Of a DNA stretch of 64,000 bases, positions 15,416 through 24,741 are shown one piece after another. The notes beneath the pieces were generated by a model that saw only the letters and a list, made by a program, of their open reading frames with translations, did not search any database and was not told where the DNA came from. Every line of letters starts with the position of its first letter. Position 1 is the stretch's first letter. Made by a program: the position numbers and the translations under genes. The stretch is from Acidimicrobiales bacterium (GTDB taxonomy: Bacteria; Actinomycetota; Acidimicrobiia; Acidimicrobiales; AC-9): contig DASXCO010000181.1 of assembly GCA_036491125.1 (NCBI GenBank), positions 8,486 to 72,485 of the forward strand, read 5' to 3'.

Positions 15416-15842
15416 TGTCGGCCAGATTCTTCTGGATCGCCTCGAGCGCACGAATGAGGCTCGTGCGCTGGGTCTGGGTGAGCCCTGCCAGTGCCCGGTC
15501 GTTGAGCTCTTGCATCTCTCGACCGATCACCTGCTCGAGTCCTCGTGCCTTCGCGGTCAGCACGAGGCGGACGAGACGGCGGTCGGTGGGATGCGGTTCG
15601 CGGCGCAATAGGCCGGTCGCTTCCATCCGGGTTGCGGCTCTGGTCACCGTCGGCGTGGCCAGACCCAATCTCCGGGCCACCTCGCCGGGGCTGAGGCCGT
15701 CGTCGTCCCACAGACAGCGCAGGACGAACTGCTGTCCCTCGTGGACACCGTGCCTCGAGAACGCCACCATCGCCGCGTGGGCGAGGTCGTGCCTGGTCTC
15801 CCAGAAGACGGACTGGAAGTCAGGCGCGCGATCCTTGGCCAC
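15408..15842 (-). CDS. MarR family transcriptional regulator
   Basis: ..LSPGEVARRLGLATPTVTRAATRMEATGLLRREPHPTDRRLVRLVLT.. is a MarR winged helix. Track ORF trimmed to GTG 15842 (144 aa), because the longer form would run into the divergent gene. Confidence 0.8.
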   Translation of the reverse strand: MAKDRAPDFQSVFWETRHDLAHAAMVAFSRHGVHEGQQFVLRCLWDDDGLSPGEVARRLGLATPTVTRAATRMEATGLLRREPHPTDRRLVRLVLTAKARGLEQVIGREMQELNDRALAGLTQTQRTSLIRALEAIQKNLADSG

Positions 15843-15922
15843 GCCGGCAAGCGTACGTCCCCCTTCGCACAGCAGCCGGCTGATGCTATCTTGTTGCTCG
15901 GCTAACGACAGTGGAGGCACGA

Positions 15923-16516
15923 ATGAAGCGGGATGACCGCCTCGGGCACCACGTCCTCTGGCACTGCGCCGAGCTCGCCAGTAGCGAGCACGCCTGGTTG
16001 GTCGACGACGAAGAGGGCCACAAGCTGGCGGGCGTGGCCGCGTTGCCACTCGACGATGCTCCGTGTCATATCAGCTACGAGGTCATGGTCGACCACCAGT
16101 GGGCCCCGCTCGCCGCCACCGCCACCGTCACGACGGCCGTCCAAGTGTCGACGATTGCGCTGGTATCGGTGGGACAGGGCCGGTGGACGCTCGACGCGAC
16201 GCCGTCACCGCTCCTCGACGGCTGTGGAGACGTCGATCTCGGCTGGACGCCCGCCACCAACACGATCCCGATTCGGCGACTGGCGCTCGAGGTCGGAGAG
16301 ACCGCGCCCATCTCGGCGGCCTGGGTGCGGTTCCCCGAGCTCGACGTTGTGACCAGCGAGCAGCGCTACACCCGTCTGGGCGATGGCAGGTGGCGGTATC
16401 AGTCGGGCGACTACGACTTCGAGCTCCGTACGGACGTGGCCACGGGCCTGGTCCTCGCCTACGGGGACGACCTCTGGCGGGTGGCGGCGATGGCCGTCGG
16501 ACGCCCACCCACTTGA
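15923..16516 (+). CDS. putative glycolipid-binding family protein (DUF1089-like)
   Basis: ..DGCGDVDLGWTPATNTIPIRRL..AAWVRFPELDV..QRYTRLGDGRWRYQSGDYDFELRTDVATGLVLAYGDLW matches my memory of the Glycolipid_bind family. ATG 15923 has GGAGG 5 nt upstream. Confidence 0.6.
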   Translation: MKRDDRLGHHVLWHCAELASSEHAWLVDDEEGHKLAGVAALPLDDAPCHISYEVMVDHQWAPLAATATVTTAVQVSTIALVSVGQGRWTLDATPSPLLDGCGDVDLGWTPATNTIPIRRLALEVGETAPISAAWVRFPELDVVTSEQRYTRLGDGRWRYQSGDYDFELRTDVATGLVLAYGDDLWRVAAMAVGRPPT

Positions 16517-16528
16517 CGCGCCGCGTGG

Positions 16529-17020
16529 TCAGAATCGGTGACGGGTGTGGGTGAAGCTGCCCTTGCCGAAGGCGAGGATCTTGGTGGGGGTCACCGAGAA
16601 CACCAGGGCCGGACCTCCACCCTGATGGTGAAAGGCGCCGCTGCGCGCCTCGTACCGCCATCGTCCGTCCCACTTGGTCGTCCAGGCGTGAGCGAGGCGA
16701 CGGAGCAGCTCGTCGTCGGTGACGGGCACGGCGTCGCCCTCCACGACGACGTCGAGGCCCTCGTTCCATCGGTTGCAGCCGGTCATGAGGATCACGTGAG
16801 AGTTGTGTCGGAGGTTGAGGGCCTTCTGCTCGGTGGGGCCGGTGGAGAAGTGGATGGCGCCGTCCAGCCAGACGGCGACCAGGGGCGAGACGTGAGGCCG
16901 ACCATCGCTCCTGACTGTCGTGATCCAGAAGAGCTCGGCGGTCTCCAGCGCCCGACGGGTCTCTTCCCACGATGTCGGATCGGCGCCGGGTTCGCTGAAT
17001 CGCTCATCGATCGTCGTCAT
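16529..17020 (-). CDS. pyridoxamine 5'-phosphate oxidase (PNPOx-like split-barrel) family protein
   Basis: ..AELFWITTVRSDGRPHVSPLVAVWLDGAIHFSTG.. is typical. Start set to ATG 17020 (MTTIDERF..). Confidence 0.75.
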   Translation of the reverse strand: MTTIDERFSEPGADPTSWEETRRALETAELFWITTVRSDGRPHVSPLVAVWLDGAIHFSTGPTEQKALNLRHNSHVILMTGCNRWNEGLDVVVEGDAVPVTDDELLRRLAHAWTTKWDGRWRYEARSGAFHHQGGGPALVFSVTPTKILAFGKGSFTHTRHRF

Positions 17021-17206
17021 CGGTTCCAACTTCGCCTCCTGTCCTGCGGTCTGGTGAGTCAGACGAGTTACTTCTGTCTGATTCATCGCCCGCTCCGGCC
17101 ATCGGCGATCCAGGGCAGGGGCGCGTGGGCAGATCGGGTCACTTTTCGAGCCAATATTGCTCTTGCCCAGCTCGTCGTGCCGTCGGGGACGTCCCCCGCC
17201 GTGCGG

Positions 17207-17719
17207 TCAGCCGTCGTCGGTCATGTGGAAGGTGAACATCTTGTCGGCGTCGATGCGAGCGTACGTCGGCCCGGAATCGAGGAAAGTCTCCCATTCGCTC
17301 CCGTATCTTGGGAGGTACACACCGAGAAGGGCCTGTCGAAAGCCGGCGCCTTCGGTGCTGCGCACGTCCGCTGGCGTGGCCCGCCCATGGACCGTCACGG
17401 CCAGCTCTTCCCCCGGCAGATGGGTGGCGCTGACGTGGGGGCGACGGCGGATGTGGCGAAACCTCACGGAGTCCGGTGAGGACCCGAAGTAGAACGCGCC
17501 TCGATAGAAGATCCCGTCAACGGGGCCGACGAGGGGTCGCCCGTCCGCGGTCACGGTCGCCAGCGCCAGGAGTCGCATGCCCGTCAGCCGTTCGCACAGC
17601 TCCTGAGCGGTCAGGCGCCGGTCCGGAGTGATGATGCTCGACAGGTGGGCGCCCGCGGTCGTGATGCTGCGATCGAGGAGGTCCTGGAGCGCCGCCAAGT
17701 CCGAAGGAGTCTCGTTCAT
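17207..17719 (-). CDS. pyridoxamine 5'-phosphate oxidase family protein
   Basis: ..LLALATVTADGRPLVGPVDGIFYRGAFYFGSSPDSVRFRHIRRRPHVSATH.. Track ORF trimmed to ATG 17719 (MNETPSD..). Confidence 0.75.
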   Translation of the reverse strand: MNETPSDLAALQDLLDRSITTAGAHLSSIITPDRRLTAQELCERLTGMRLLALATVTADGRPLVGPVDGIFYRGAFYFGSSPDSVRFRHIRRRPHVSATHLPGEELAVTVHGRATPADVRSTEGAGFRQALLGVYLPRYGSEWETFLDSGPTYARIDADKMFTFHMTDDG

Positions 17720-17750
17720 ATCGAGGCCGCGCCGCGCCCGAACAGGGCAC

Positions 17751-17951
17751 TCAGCGGCTGCTGGGGATGACCCTGGAGAGGGCAAGCCCGACAGTGGCGA
17801 TGCCCCCTGCCACGATCACCAGCGGCGCCAGATCCGATCCCTGCAAGCTGATGACGCCGATGTTGTCCAGCAGCAGCGCGAGACCGAGGATCAGGTAGAC
17901 GCACCCGGCGAACAGGGGGAGGGGTTGTGCGTGGCTAGGGCGAGCTGCCAA
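17751..17951 (-). CDS. candidate small two-helix membrane protein (66 aa)
   Basis: TTG 17951 preceded by GGAGG (6-nt spacer), overlapping the end of the upstream gene by 17 nt. ..LPLFAGCVYLILGLALLLDNIGVISLQGSDLAPLVIVAGGIATVGLAL.. Confidence 0.35.
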   Translation of the reverse strand: MAARPSHAQPLPLFAGCVYLILGLALLLDNIGVISLQGSDLAPLVIVAGGIATVGLALSRVIPSSR

Positions 17952-18786
17952 CTTGGACCTCCACTGTGCCGACGCCGACGCGCAGATCCGCCCGGGCCAG
18001 AGCCGGGAGGTTTGCGGCCGCAAGGGGGACTTCGAGCCCGACCCCGTTCTTGTTCACCCCGACGACGGACGCCCGACCCTCACCGACGGCGATCGTACCC
18101 TGGAGAGTGGTGAGTGGCGGAAGGACCACCACCAGGCGACCGACACCGACGCTCGCGACCAGCGGCGGCGGGGGCGTCAGGGTCGGGGGCCGGGGGTAGT
18201 GCCGCAGGTCGATGGTGAGCGAGCCCGCCGTCTGGTGGTAGGAGGACGTCAGATCTGCCGTCGTGGTCGGGCTGACGGTCTGCCACCTCATACCCCCCCG
18301 CAACGGCACATCAGCGCGCCAGACTCCGAGCAGGATCACGGCCAGCAGCAGGCCCACCACCAGCAGCGCGCGCCGACTGTCCGGCCGACGGCTGCCGACC
18401 ACGAGGACCAGCCCCATCACGGCCAGGACGGCGTCGAGCAGGCCGCGCCAGGCCACCTGGGTACCGCCCAGGAGGAGCACGCCGAGGACGATGAAGCCGA
18501 CGCCGGTGGCCAGCGCTCCGAGATGGATCTGGTCAGCTAGAGCGAAGAATCGCTCGCCCTGGAGCCGGTACCAGCTCGGGCCGGCCTGGGGCGTCGCCAC
18601 CGTGGCGGCCCCGTCGCTTGCACGGGCAGCCGGGGGCTTTCCCGGCCCATCGGCTTGACCCGCGCCATCCGGTTCGTCGGCCCCTGGCTGGTCGGCTCGC
18701 TGCGGCTCGTCGACTTCATCGCCGACAGGCTCACCCCGCGGCCCGTCGCCAGCCGCATCGACCTGCGATTGTTCGTGTCGTGCCAT
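17935..18786 (-). CDS. membrane protein with LiaF-like (DUF2154-type) C-terminal domain
   Basis: Acidic low-complexity N-terminus, about four TM helices, then ..GSLTIDLRHY..VGVGRLVVVLPP..GTIAVGEGRASVVGV..ADLRVGVGTVEVQV, which resembles the cell-wall-stress LiaF C-terminal domain. ATG 18786. Confidence 0.5.
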   Translation of the reverse strand: MARHEQSQVDAAGDGPRGEPVGDEVDEPQRADQPGADEPDGAGQADGPGKPPAARASDGAATVATPQAGPSWYRLQGERFFALADQIHLGALATGVGFIVLGVLLLGGTQVAWRGLLDAVLAVMGLVLVVGSRRPDSRRALLVVGLLLAVILLGVWRADVPLRGGMRWQTVSPTTTADLTSSYHQTAGSLTIDLRHYPRPPTLTPPPPLVASVGVGRLVVVLPPLTTLQGTIAVGEGRASVVGVNKNGVGLEVPLAAANLPALARADLRVGVGTVEVQVGSSP

Positions 18787-19023
18787 GTCGAGCACTCACC
18801 CGGGGAATCCCGCGGATCCCACGGCAGCAGAATCCTGTTCTCTCTTGTTTGGACATCGCGCCGTCCGTCTCCTGCGGGTGAGCGACGATCGGGTGCGTCG
18901 GCGCGTTGGGACGATGCCGTGGAGGAATGACCACGAGATCCACTGACCTGCACGTACAGAGGTTCGGTGGGGGGCGGGAGGGACGGGCTGACCGCGGGAG
19001 CCGCACTACACGTGAGGCGGCGT

Positions 19024-20430
19024 TCAGTACCGAGAGCCTGAATCCGTGTGAGCCTCTTCGCTCCCGGCGTCGATGGCGCGGACGAGTTGAGCGTGGTCCC
19101 GCTCGTTCTGATCGGCGTAGAGGTGAGCGAACTCACGGATGGGAGCGTCGAACTTCGGGCCCTTCCCGATGTAGCCATCGATTGCCACTGGGTCGCCGGT
19201 GCGGGCGTGGGCCCGCGCCAGCGTCTCGCCGCACGCAGTGGCGAACTCGACAAGGACAGGAGCGATCAGCTCGGTGGTCGGAATGATCTTCATGTCGCGG
19301 AACTGTCGCACGTAGTAGTCCTCGCCGTGCAGCGAGCCCCAACCGACGAAGATGTCGGTGGCGCTCTGGACCATCCGCTTGCCGTTGATCACACGCGCGC
19401 CGTGGTTGTCGTGCCGGCTCGGGCGGGCATGGGCCTCGTAGACCGACGGGCCAGCCTGCTTGACCTGCAGGAACAGGGGATCCGCGCCGGTGCGGCCCTC
19501 CATGAGCACCAGATAGACCCGCATGCCCACGCTGCCCACTCCCACCACCTGGCGCACGACATCGACCGCAGTGAACCGATCGAACAGGCGCCGTCGATCT
19601 TCCTGGAGGGTGAGCCGGTACTCGGCGAAGAGGTGGTCGACGATATCGGCCTGCTCCTCGTCGCTGATGGCGACGCGGATCGGTGGGTCTTCGGTGATCC
19701 GGGGCCGCCCATGAGCCATCGTCGTGAGCTTTGCGAACGCCCCACGGCTCGTGCGGCGGGTGCGCCTTTTGTCGATATGGATCGACACCCGGCCTCGGTC
19801 CGCCGGCTCGAAGTAGCTCATCCACCTCTCGACGTGCATGCCGTCGTACCAGATATCGAGCTCGGGCATCGTGGTGTAACGGCGCATGCGCTTGCGATAG
19901 GCCTCCACGCCGGCCGCGACCGCCTCATCTCCCGTCGCTGGCCCGATGCCGTTGTGCCGTGCGGCGACCACCAGGCTGGCGGCGAAGCGCTTGACATCCC
20001 ACTCGAACGGACCTGGCAGCGTCTCGTCGAAGTCGCGCAGGTCGAACATCAGGTTCCGCTCCGGAGTGGCCCACAGGCCGAAGTTCAGCACGTGGGCGTC
20101 ACCGCAGAGCTGGACCATCAGCCCACTGTCAGGTCGAGCAGCAAGGTCGGCGGCCATGACCGCGGCAGCTCCCCGGTAGTAGTTCCAAGGCGAGGCCGCC
20201 ATCCGCCGGTGGCGAAGGGGGACCAGCTCTTGGATCCGGGCCTGACTCTGAGCGACGATCGTCGTCAGTGCATCCTGGTTGCGCTGGTCGTCGCCCCAGC
20301 GCCCCATGATCGCCCGCGGTGCCTTCCGGCGCGCGAGCCTGCCGGCTTCTCGGCGCTCGTCGCTCGTCGCGGAGATGTCGTGGGGATCGGCGCCCGATGG
20401 CGATGGTCTCGGTGAGCTCGGCTCCGCCAT
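19024..20430 (-). CDS. DUF2252 domain protein
   Basis: ..LVPLRHRRMAASPWNYYRGAAAVMAADLA..QLCGDAHVLNFGLWATPERNLMFDLRDFDET..WDVKRFAASLVVAAR.. is the DUF2252 pattern. Track ORF trimmed to ATG 20430 (GAAAGAGAGG upstream). Confidence 0.8.
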   Translation of the reverse strand: MAEPSSPRPSPSGADPHDISATSDERREAGRLARRKAPRAIMGRWGDDQRNQDALTTIVAQSQARIQELVPLRHRRMAASPWNYYRGAAAVMAADLAARPDSGLMVQLCGDAHVLNFGLWATPERNLMFDLRDFDETLPGPFEWDVKRFAASLVVAARHNGIGPATGDEAVAAGVEAYRKRMRRYTTMPELDIWYDGMHVERWMSYFEPADRGRVSIHIDKRRTRRTSRGAFAKLTTMAHGRPRITEDPPIRVAISDEEQADIVDHLFAEYRLTLQEDRRRLFDRFTAVDVVRQVVGVGSVGMRVYLVLMEGRTGADPLFLQVKQAGPSVYEAHARPSRHDNHGARVINGKRMVQSATDIFVGWGSLHGEDYYVRQFRDMKIIPTTELIAPVLVEFATACGETLARAHARTGDPVAIDGYIGKGPKFDAPIREFAHLYADQNERDHAQLVRAIDAGSEEAHTDSGSRY

Positions 20431-20632
20431 GGGCCTCTCTTTCTCGGAGCGTGGCCGCCCGGGATGTGCTGGTGAGCCGAGCCTACGCCGGGCCGCCCGA
20501 CGAGGTCGGTAACTCAATGATGGGACCCATGACAGCCTCGCTTCGGGGACCAGGAGGCCCATCCGTGGCGGCCAACGGCACCGAATACCAGGTGTCGTCG
20601 AGCGGAGGCTGGTCGATGAGAGGAGATCCTTC

Positions 20633-21031
20633 ATGTCACTCGTGCGATTTCTGCCCGCATGGTTTCACGCCATTGCCGACTATGCGGTCGCCGCGCTGCT
20701 CATCATCATCCCGATTGCAGTCGGTGGCTCCACCGGCGCGATCGCGACAGGTGTCGTCGTTGGGGCGACTGTCCTGCTCGTCAGCGCCCTCACCAGGTAT
20801 CCACTCGGGGTTGTGAAAGTCCTGCCGTTCACCGTCCACTCGGCGGGCGATTATCTCGCCGCCGCGCTGCTTCTCGCCGCGCCCTGGGCCCTGAACTTTG
20901 CCTCGGCCGATGGTGGCCTCGCCGCCTTCTACACGGTGGGTGGCATTGCGGTCCTCGCCGTGAGCCTGATCACCAACTACCAGTACAGCCCGAGGCGGTC
21001 GCTCGTCGCTGCGGCATCGAACCCGGCGTAG
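20633..21031 (+). CDS. four-helix integral membrane protein with internal two-helix duplication (possibly SPW-repeat-like)
   Basis: 132 aa with GAGAGGAG RBS. HAIADYAVAALLIIIPIA.. and HSAGDYLAAALLLAAPWA.. begin two similar halves. Confidence 0.6.
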   Translation: MSLVRFLPAWFHAIADYAVAALLIIIPIAVGGSTGAIATGVVVGATVLLVSALTRYPLGVVKVLPFTVHSAGDYLAAALLLAAPWALNFASADGGLAAFYTVGGIAVLAVSLITNYQYSPRRSLVAAASNPA

Positions 21032-21537
21032 CCTGCCGAGACCATCAGTTGGCCAGCGCCACCGCCGTCTGTCGCTCGGCGACCGGCGCTGGGCGGCCAC
21101 GAGCTCGCTGCGGAGAGCGATCGTGCGGTGTGCCGCTCCAACCGAGACGGCCGTGGTCGGGTGACGGTCGGCGCCTGACGGCGCCACAGGAGGCCGGGGC
21201 CGGCCGGCCCACGGCGCTCGGCTGGTCGTGACCGGCAGGCGCTCCTGGTAGAGTGAGTGATCAGGGAGCGGGTCGGGGTCTCTACCAGAAGGGTTCTGTG
21301 AGAGCACCACCTCTCGAGCCGCACCTCGCAGGAGCAGGGGGAGCGACGTTTTCGGCACCGGTCCGGATCCTTGTCCCGGCGTCGGGCTGAATGCCCCAGT
21401 TCGCGCCGATACCCGACATCCCGGACCGGGCGGCGACTGTTGGGGGAGAGGACTCGACTTAGAGAGCGGGTCGGAGACGGCCACGCGGCTTCGACAGCGC
21501 CGATCGAATCGGCGCCAGGCGGGCATGGAGTGAAGTA

Positions 21538-24500
21538 GTGATCGACAGCGAGACCGACGCCTTCGAGACAGCCGCCTTCGCGGATGCGGAAGGATTCGCT
21601 ACACCGGAGCAGCGGGGGCTGCTCGAGGCTGACGCGCATGCCTGGCGGCGAGTGCTGGAGCGGCTCGTGAAGGAGACGGAGGAGACGCTGGCGTCGGTCC
21701 GAGGCGTCAAGGGTCCCGAGCGGGCCCAGGTCGTCGCGGATTGCCAAGCCACGCTACGGCGTCTCAAAGCCGGGTACGAGCGCGCCGGATGGTCGCCGTC
21801 AGATGAGTCCGCTGGCCTCAGGAGCGGTGGTGGCCCTCCGACGGTGGATCCCGTGCGAGAGGCTCGTCTGCAAGGCTCGTGGTCGGCCGGCCGCCTCGTC
21901 GTTTGGGCTGGTGGTCCGGGCGCCGCGCCCGCCGACAACGGTGGGCTGGCGGATCGTCTCGAGGCAATCGGTGCGCCACCGCTCGGGTGGGAGGTGCACC
22001 GAGACATCCGGCTCCCGAGCGGCGAGCGGGCGGCGGCGTTGTCGATCCCGCTGGCGGACGGACTGGGGTGGCTCGTCGAGGTCGGCAAGTCCGACACCGG
22101 GACGACGGCTACGGGCAGCGAGCAACGCCAGGGCCGAGAGGAATCCGCTGAGAGCGAGGCGGTGGGGAAGAGCCTGATCTGGCTCGGACGGGTGGCCCTC
22201 CTCGGCGTGCAGCTGGTCATGGACGGATCGGTCGTCCCGACGCTGCACAGGAGCAGGCGGCAGGAACGATCGGCGCAGGAGGAAGTCGCCGTGGAGTGGA
22301 CACCCGCTCTTGTGGGCGACTCGGAGATAAGGAACTTCGCCAGGGCGATGCCCCCCGCCGTCGCAGCGATCACGCCCACCCCGCCTGGTGCAGTCGTTCG
22401 CGCTGTCCTCACCTCCGTGGTCAACGCCATCGTCACCCAGGCCGCGGCGCGGGTCGACGTCCCTGCGCCTCCACCCGTCACGTCATCGGCCGCGTTGGTG
22501 GCCGAGGCAGTCGTCACCCGTCTCGATGGCTCGACGTTCACGGCGCCGACCCGAGCCGCGGCGGAGGTATCGACTCAGCTCGCCCGATGGGCCGCCCCGG
22601 TTACCGGGGGTGACCGACCGGTCCTCACCGTGGCGCTCGATGCTCCCGACGACAGCGGAGCGTGGTTGCTGTCCGTTCTCGGCCAGGGAGCTGACGGAAC
22701 ACTCCTACCGATCGAGCGGGCGCTCGCTGACTCCAAGAGCTCCGGACCTCTCGGAGACGAGCTCCTGCGCCTCGAGCGGGCCTTTCCCGCCTTGCTGCGC
22801 GCCGGTGCGGCGCGCCGGGGCCAGGTGTACCTGGGCCCGGACGAGGCCTGGGATCTGATGACCAGGACCGGCCCCTCGCTTCGTAGCGCCGGCTTCGATG
22901 TCCGCGCGCCCGCCCTGTCCCGGCGCAGACCGGCAGCCCGGCTGCACCTGTCCACGACCTCATCGGGCGACACCGCCGTCGGCGCGCGACAGCTCTCCGA
23001 CGTGCGTTGGTCGGTCGTCTTCGACGACGTCCAGCTGTCCGCCGACGAGGTGACTCGGCTCGCCGCGGAGGCTCGACCGCTGGTTCGCTCTCGAGGCAGA
23101 TGGGTCGAGCTCGACCGTGCCGACCTCGATGCCGCAGCCGAGGCTCTGGTGGAGCGTTCCGCGAGCACACAGATGACTGGTGCCGAGGTCCTGCGCTACG
23201 CCGTGGGCCTCGAGGGATCTCCGCTTGCCGGCGGTCTCACGGTGGAGGGTGAGGGGTGGGCCGCCGACCTGCTGCGCAGGGCCGAGACCGCCGCCACCGA
23301 GCCGGTTGACGCACCCGAAGGATTCCAGGGTGAGCTGCGCCACTACCAGGCCGACGCGCTCGGTTGGCTGGAGTTCCTCGACACCGTCGAGCTCGGCGGC
23401 TGCCTCGCCCTGGACATGGGACTCGGCAAGACGCCGATCGTGCTGGCCCATGCCCTCCGCGATGTGGGCAGCGGCCCGACTCTCGTGATTGCGCCGGCCG
23501 CCGTCGTCGGTAACTGGGCGTCGGAGGCCGCCCGGTTCACACCGTCGTTGCGGGTCGTCGTGCACCACGGCACCGCCCGGTCGTCGGCAGCCGATCTCAC
23601 GGCTGAAGCAGCGGGAGCCGACATCGTCGTGACGACCTACGGCACCGCCCTGCGCGATGTCGACGCATTAGCAGCGGTGGAATGGACCCGTCTCGTGGTC
23701 GACGAGGCTCAGGCCCTGAAGAACCCAGCCAGCGACACGGCACGGGAGCTGCGCCGGATCCCGGCCGGCGCACGCCTCGCCCTCACTGGTACTCCGATCG
23801 AGAACGGCCTCGGAGACCTGTGGGCCATCCTCGATTTCACGAACCCCGGGTTGGTCGGATCCCGCCCGGCCTTCATGGCCCAACTCAGTGGCGAGCCGGA
23901 CGCGGCACTGAGCGCGCTGAACGGCATCCTGGTGTTCAGGCATACCAAGGACGAGCCCGCCATTGCCACCGAGCTTCCCGACAAGGTGGATGAGCTCGAC
24001 CACTGCGCCATGAGCGCCGAGCAGATAGGCCTCTACCAGGCGGTCCTGAACGGGCTCGTCACGCACACGGCCGACATCGATGATTCCCGCAAGGCCAAGC
24101 AGGGAGAGATCCTCGCTGCCATCACGGCCCTCAAGCAGATATGCAACCATCCCGCCGCCTACCACGACGACGGGCGCCCCCTCGAAGGTCGGTCTGGCAA
24201 GCTGGCGCGCCTCGAGGAGCTCGTCGATGCCATCTTCAGTGCCGACGAACGCGTGCTGGTGTTCACGCACTTCGCAGAGTGGGGCAAGCGCCTCGCCGAT
24301 CACCTGACCGACCGGACCGGCGTACCGATCGCCTGTTACCACGGCGGGCTGGCCCGCCGGGCCCGCGACGCCATGGTCGGTGAGTTCCAGGAGAGCAAGG
24401 GCGCCGGCGCCCTTGTCCTGTCTCTGAAGGCAGGCGGTACCGGACTGAACCTGACCGCAGCGAGCCACGTCGTCCTGTACGACCGCTGGTGGAACCCTGC

Positions 24501-24741
24501 GGTCGAGGATCAGGCCCGCGACAGGGCTTGGCGTATTGGCCAAAATCATACCGTCGTCTCCCACCGGCTCATCTGCCCCGGAACGGTGGATGAACGCGTC
24601 GAGGAGATCGTTGCCGGGAAGCGGCGAGTGGCCGACCTCGTGCTGCCACGATCGAGCTCCCTCGCTGATCTCGAGCCCGAGCAGCTCCGTTCCGCGCTGG
24701 GCCTGCGGGAGGACACCTTGTTGACCGAGGACGACGGATGA
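21538..24741 (+). CDS. helZ: SNF2-family helicase/ATPase (HelZ/RapA-like) with ~560-aa N-terminal region
   Basis: LRHYQADALGWL, DMGLGKT (motif I), VVDEAQALKN (motif II), LTGTPIEN, helicase-C motifs LSLKAGGTGLNLTAASHVVLYDRWWNPAVEDQARDRAWRIGQ. A SNF2-associated segment DVRWSVVFDDVQLSADEVTRLAAEARPLVRSRGRWVELD precedes the core. GTG 21538 has GGAG upstream. Confidence 0.9.
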   Translation: MIDSETDAFETAAFADAEGFATPEQRGLLEADAHAWRRVLERLVKETEETLASVRGVKGPERAQVVADCQATLRRLKAGYERAGWSPSDESAGLRSGGGPPTVDPVREARLQGSWSAGRLVVWAGGPGAAPADNGGLADRLEAIGAPPLGWEVHRDIRLPSGERAAALSIPLADGLGWLVEVGKSDTGTTATGSEQRQGREESAESEAVGKSLIWLGRVALLGVQLVMDGSVVPTLHRSRRQERSAQEEVAVEWTPALVGDSEIRNFARAMPPAVAAITPTPPGAVVRAVLTSVVNAIVTQAAARVDVPAPPPVTSSAALVAEAVVTRLDGSTFTAPTRAAAEVSTQLARWAAPVTGGDRPVLTVALDAPDDSGAWLLSVLGQGADGTLLPIERALADSKSSGPLGDELLRLERAFPALLRAGAARRGQVYLGPDEAWDLMTRTGPSLRSAGFDVRAPALSRRRPAARLHLSTTSSGDTAVGARQLSDVRWSVVFDDVQLSADEVTRLAAEARPLVRSRGRWVELDRADLDAAAEALVERSASTQMTGAEVLRYAVGLEGSPLAGGLTVEGEGWAADLLRRAETAATEPVDAPEGFQGELRHYQADALGWLEFLDTVELGGCLALDMGLGKTPIVLAHALRDVGSGPTLVIAPAAVVGNWASEAARFTPSLRVVVHHGTARSSAADLTAEAAGADIVVTTYGTALRDVDALAAVEWTRLVVDEAQALKNPASDTARELRRIPAGARLALTGTPIENGLGDLWAILDFTNPGLVGSRPAFMAQLSGEPDAALSALNGILVFRHTKDEPAIATELPDKVDELDHCAMSAEQIGLYQAVLNGLVTHTADIDDSRKAKQGEILAAITALKQICNHPAAYHDDGRPLEGRSGKLARLEELVDAIFSADERVLVFTHFAEWGKRLADHLTDRTGVPIACYHGGLARRARDAMVGEFQESKGAGALVLSLKAGGTGLNLTAASHVVLYDRWWNPAVEDQARDRAWRIGQNHTVVSHRLICPGTVDERVEEIVAGKRRVADLVLPRSSSLADLEPEQLRSALGLREDTLLTEDDG

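Noticed and set aside
21032-21537. Riboswitch or known sRNA (cobalamin, ydaO/c-di-AMP, 6C, 6S/Ms1-like) in the long gap
   Set aside because: I compared the sequence by eye with the consensus cores I remember and found no match. Only generic hairpins are present. An Rfam scan is needed before any RNA gene can be claimed.
20636-22541. Minus-strand ORFs 20636..21526, 20977..21747 and 21459..22541 as genes filling the gap upstream of the helicase
   Set aside because: They overlap each other, the membrane-protein gene and the helicase gene. All are Arg/Pro/Ser-rich without hydrophobic cores or motifs.
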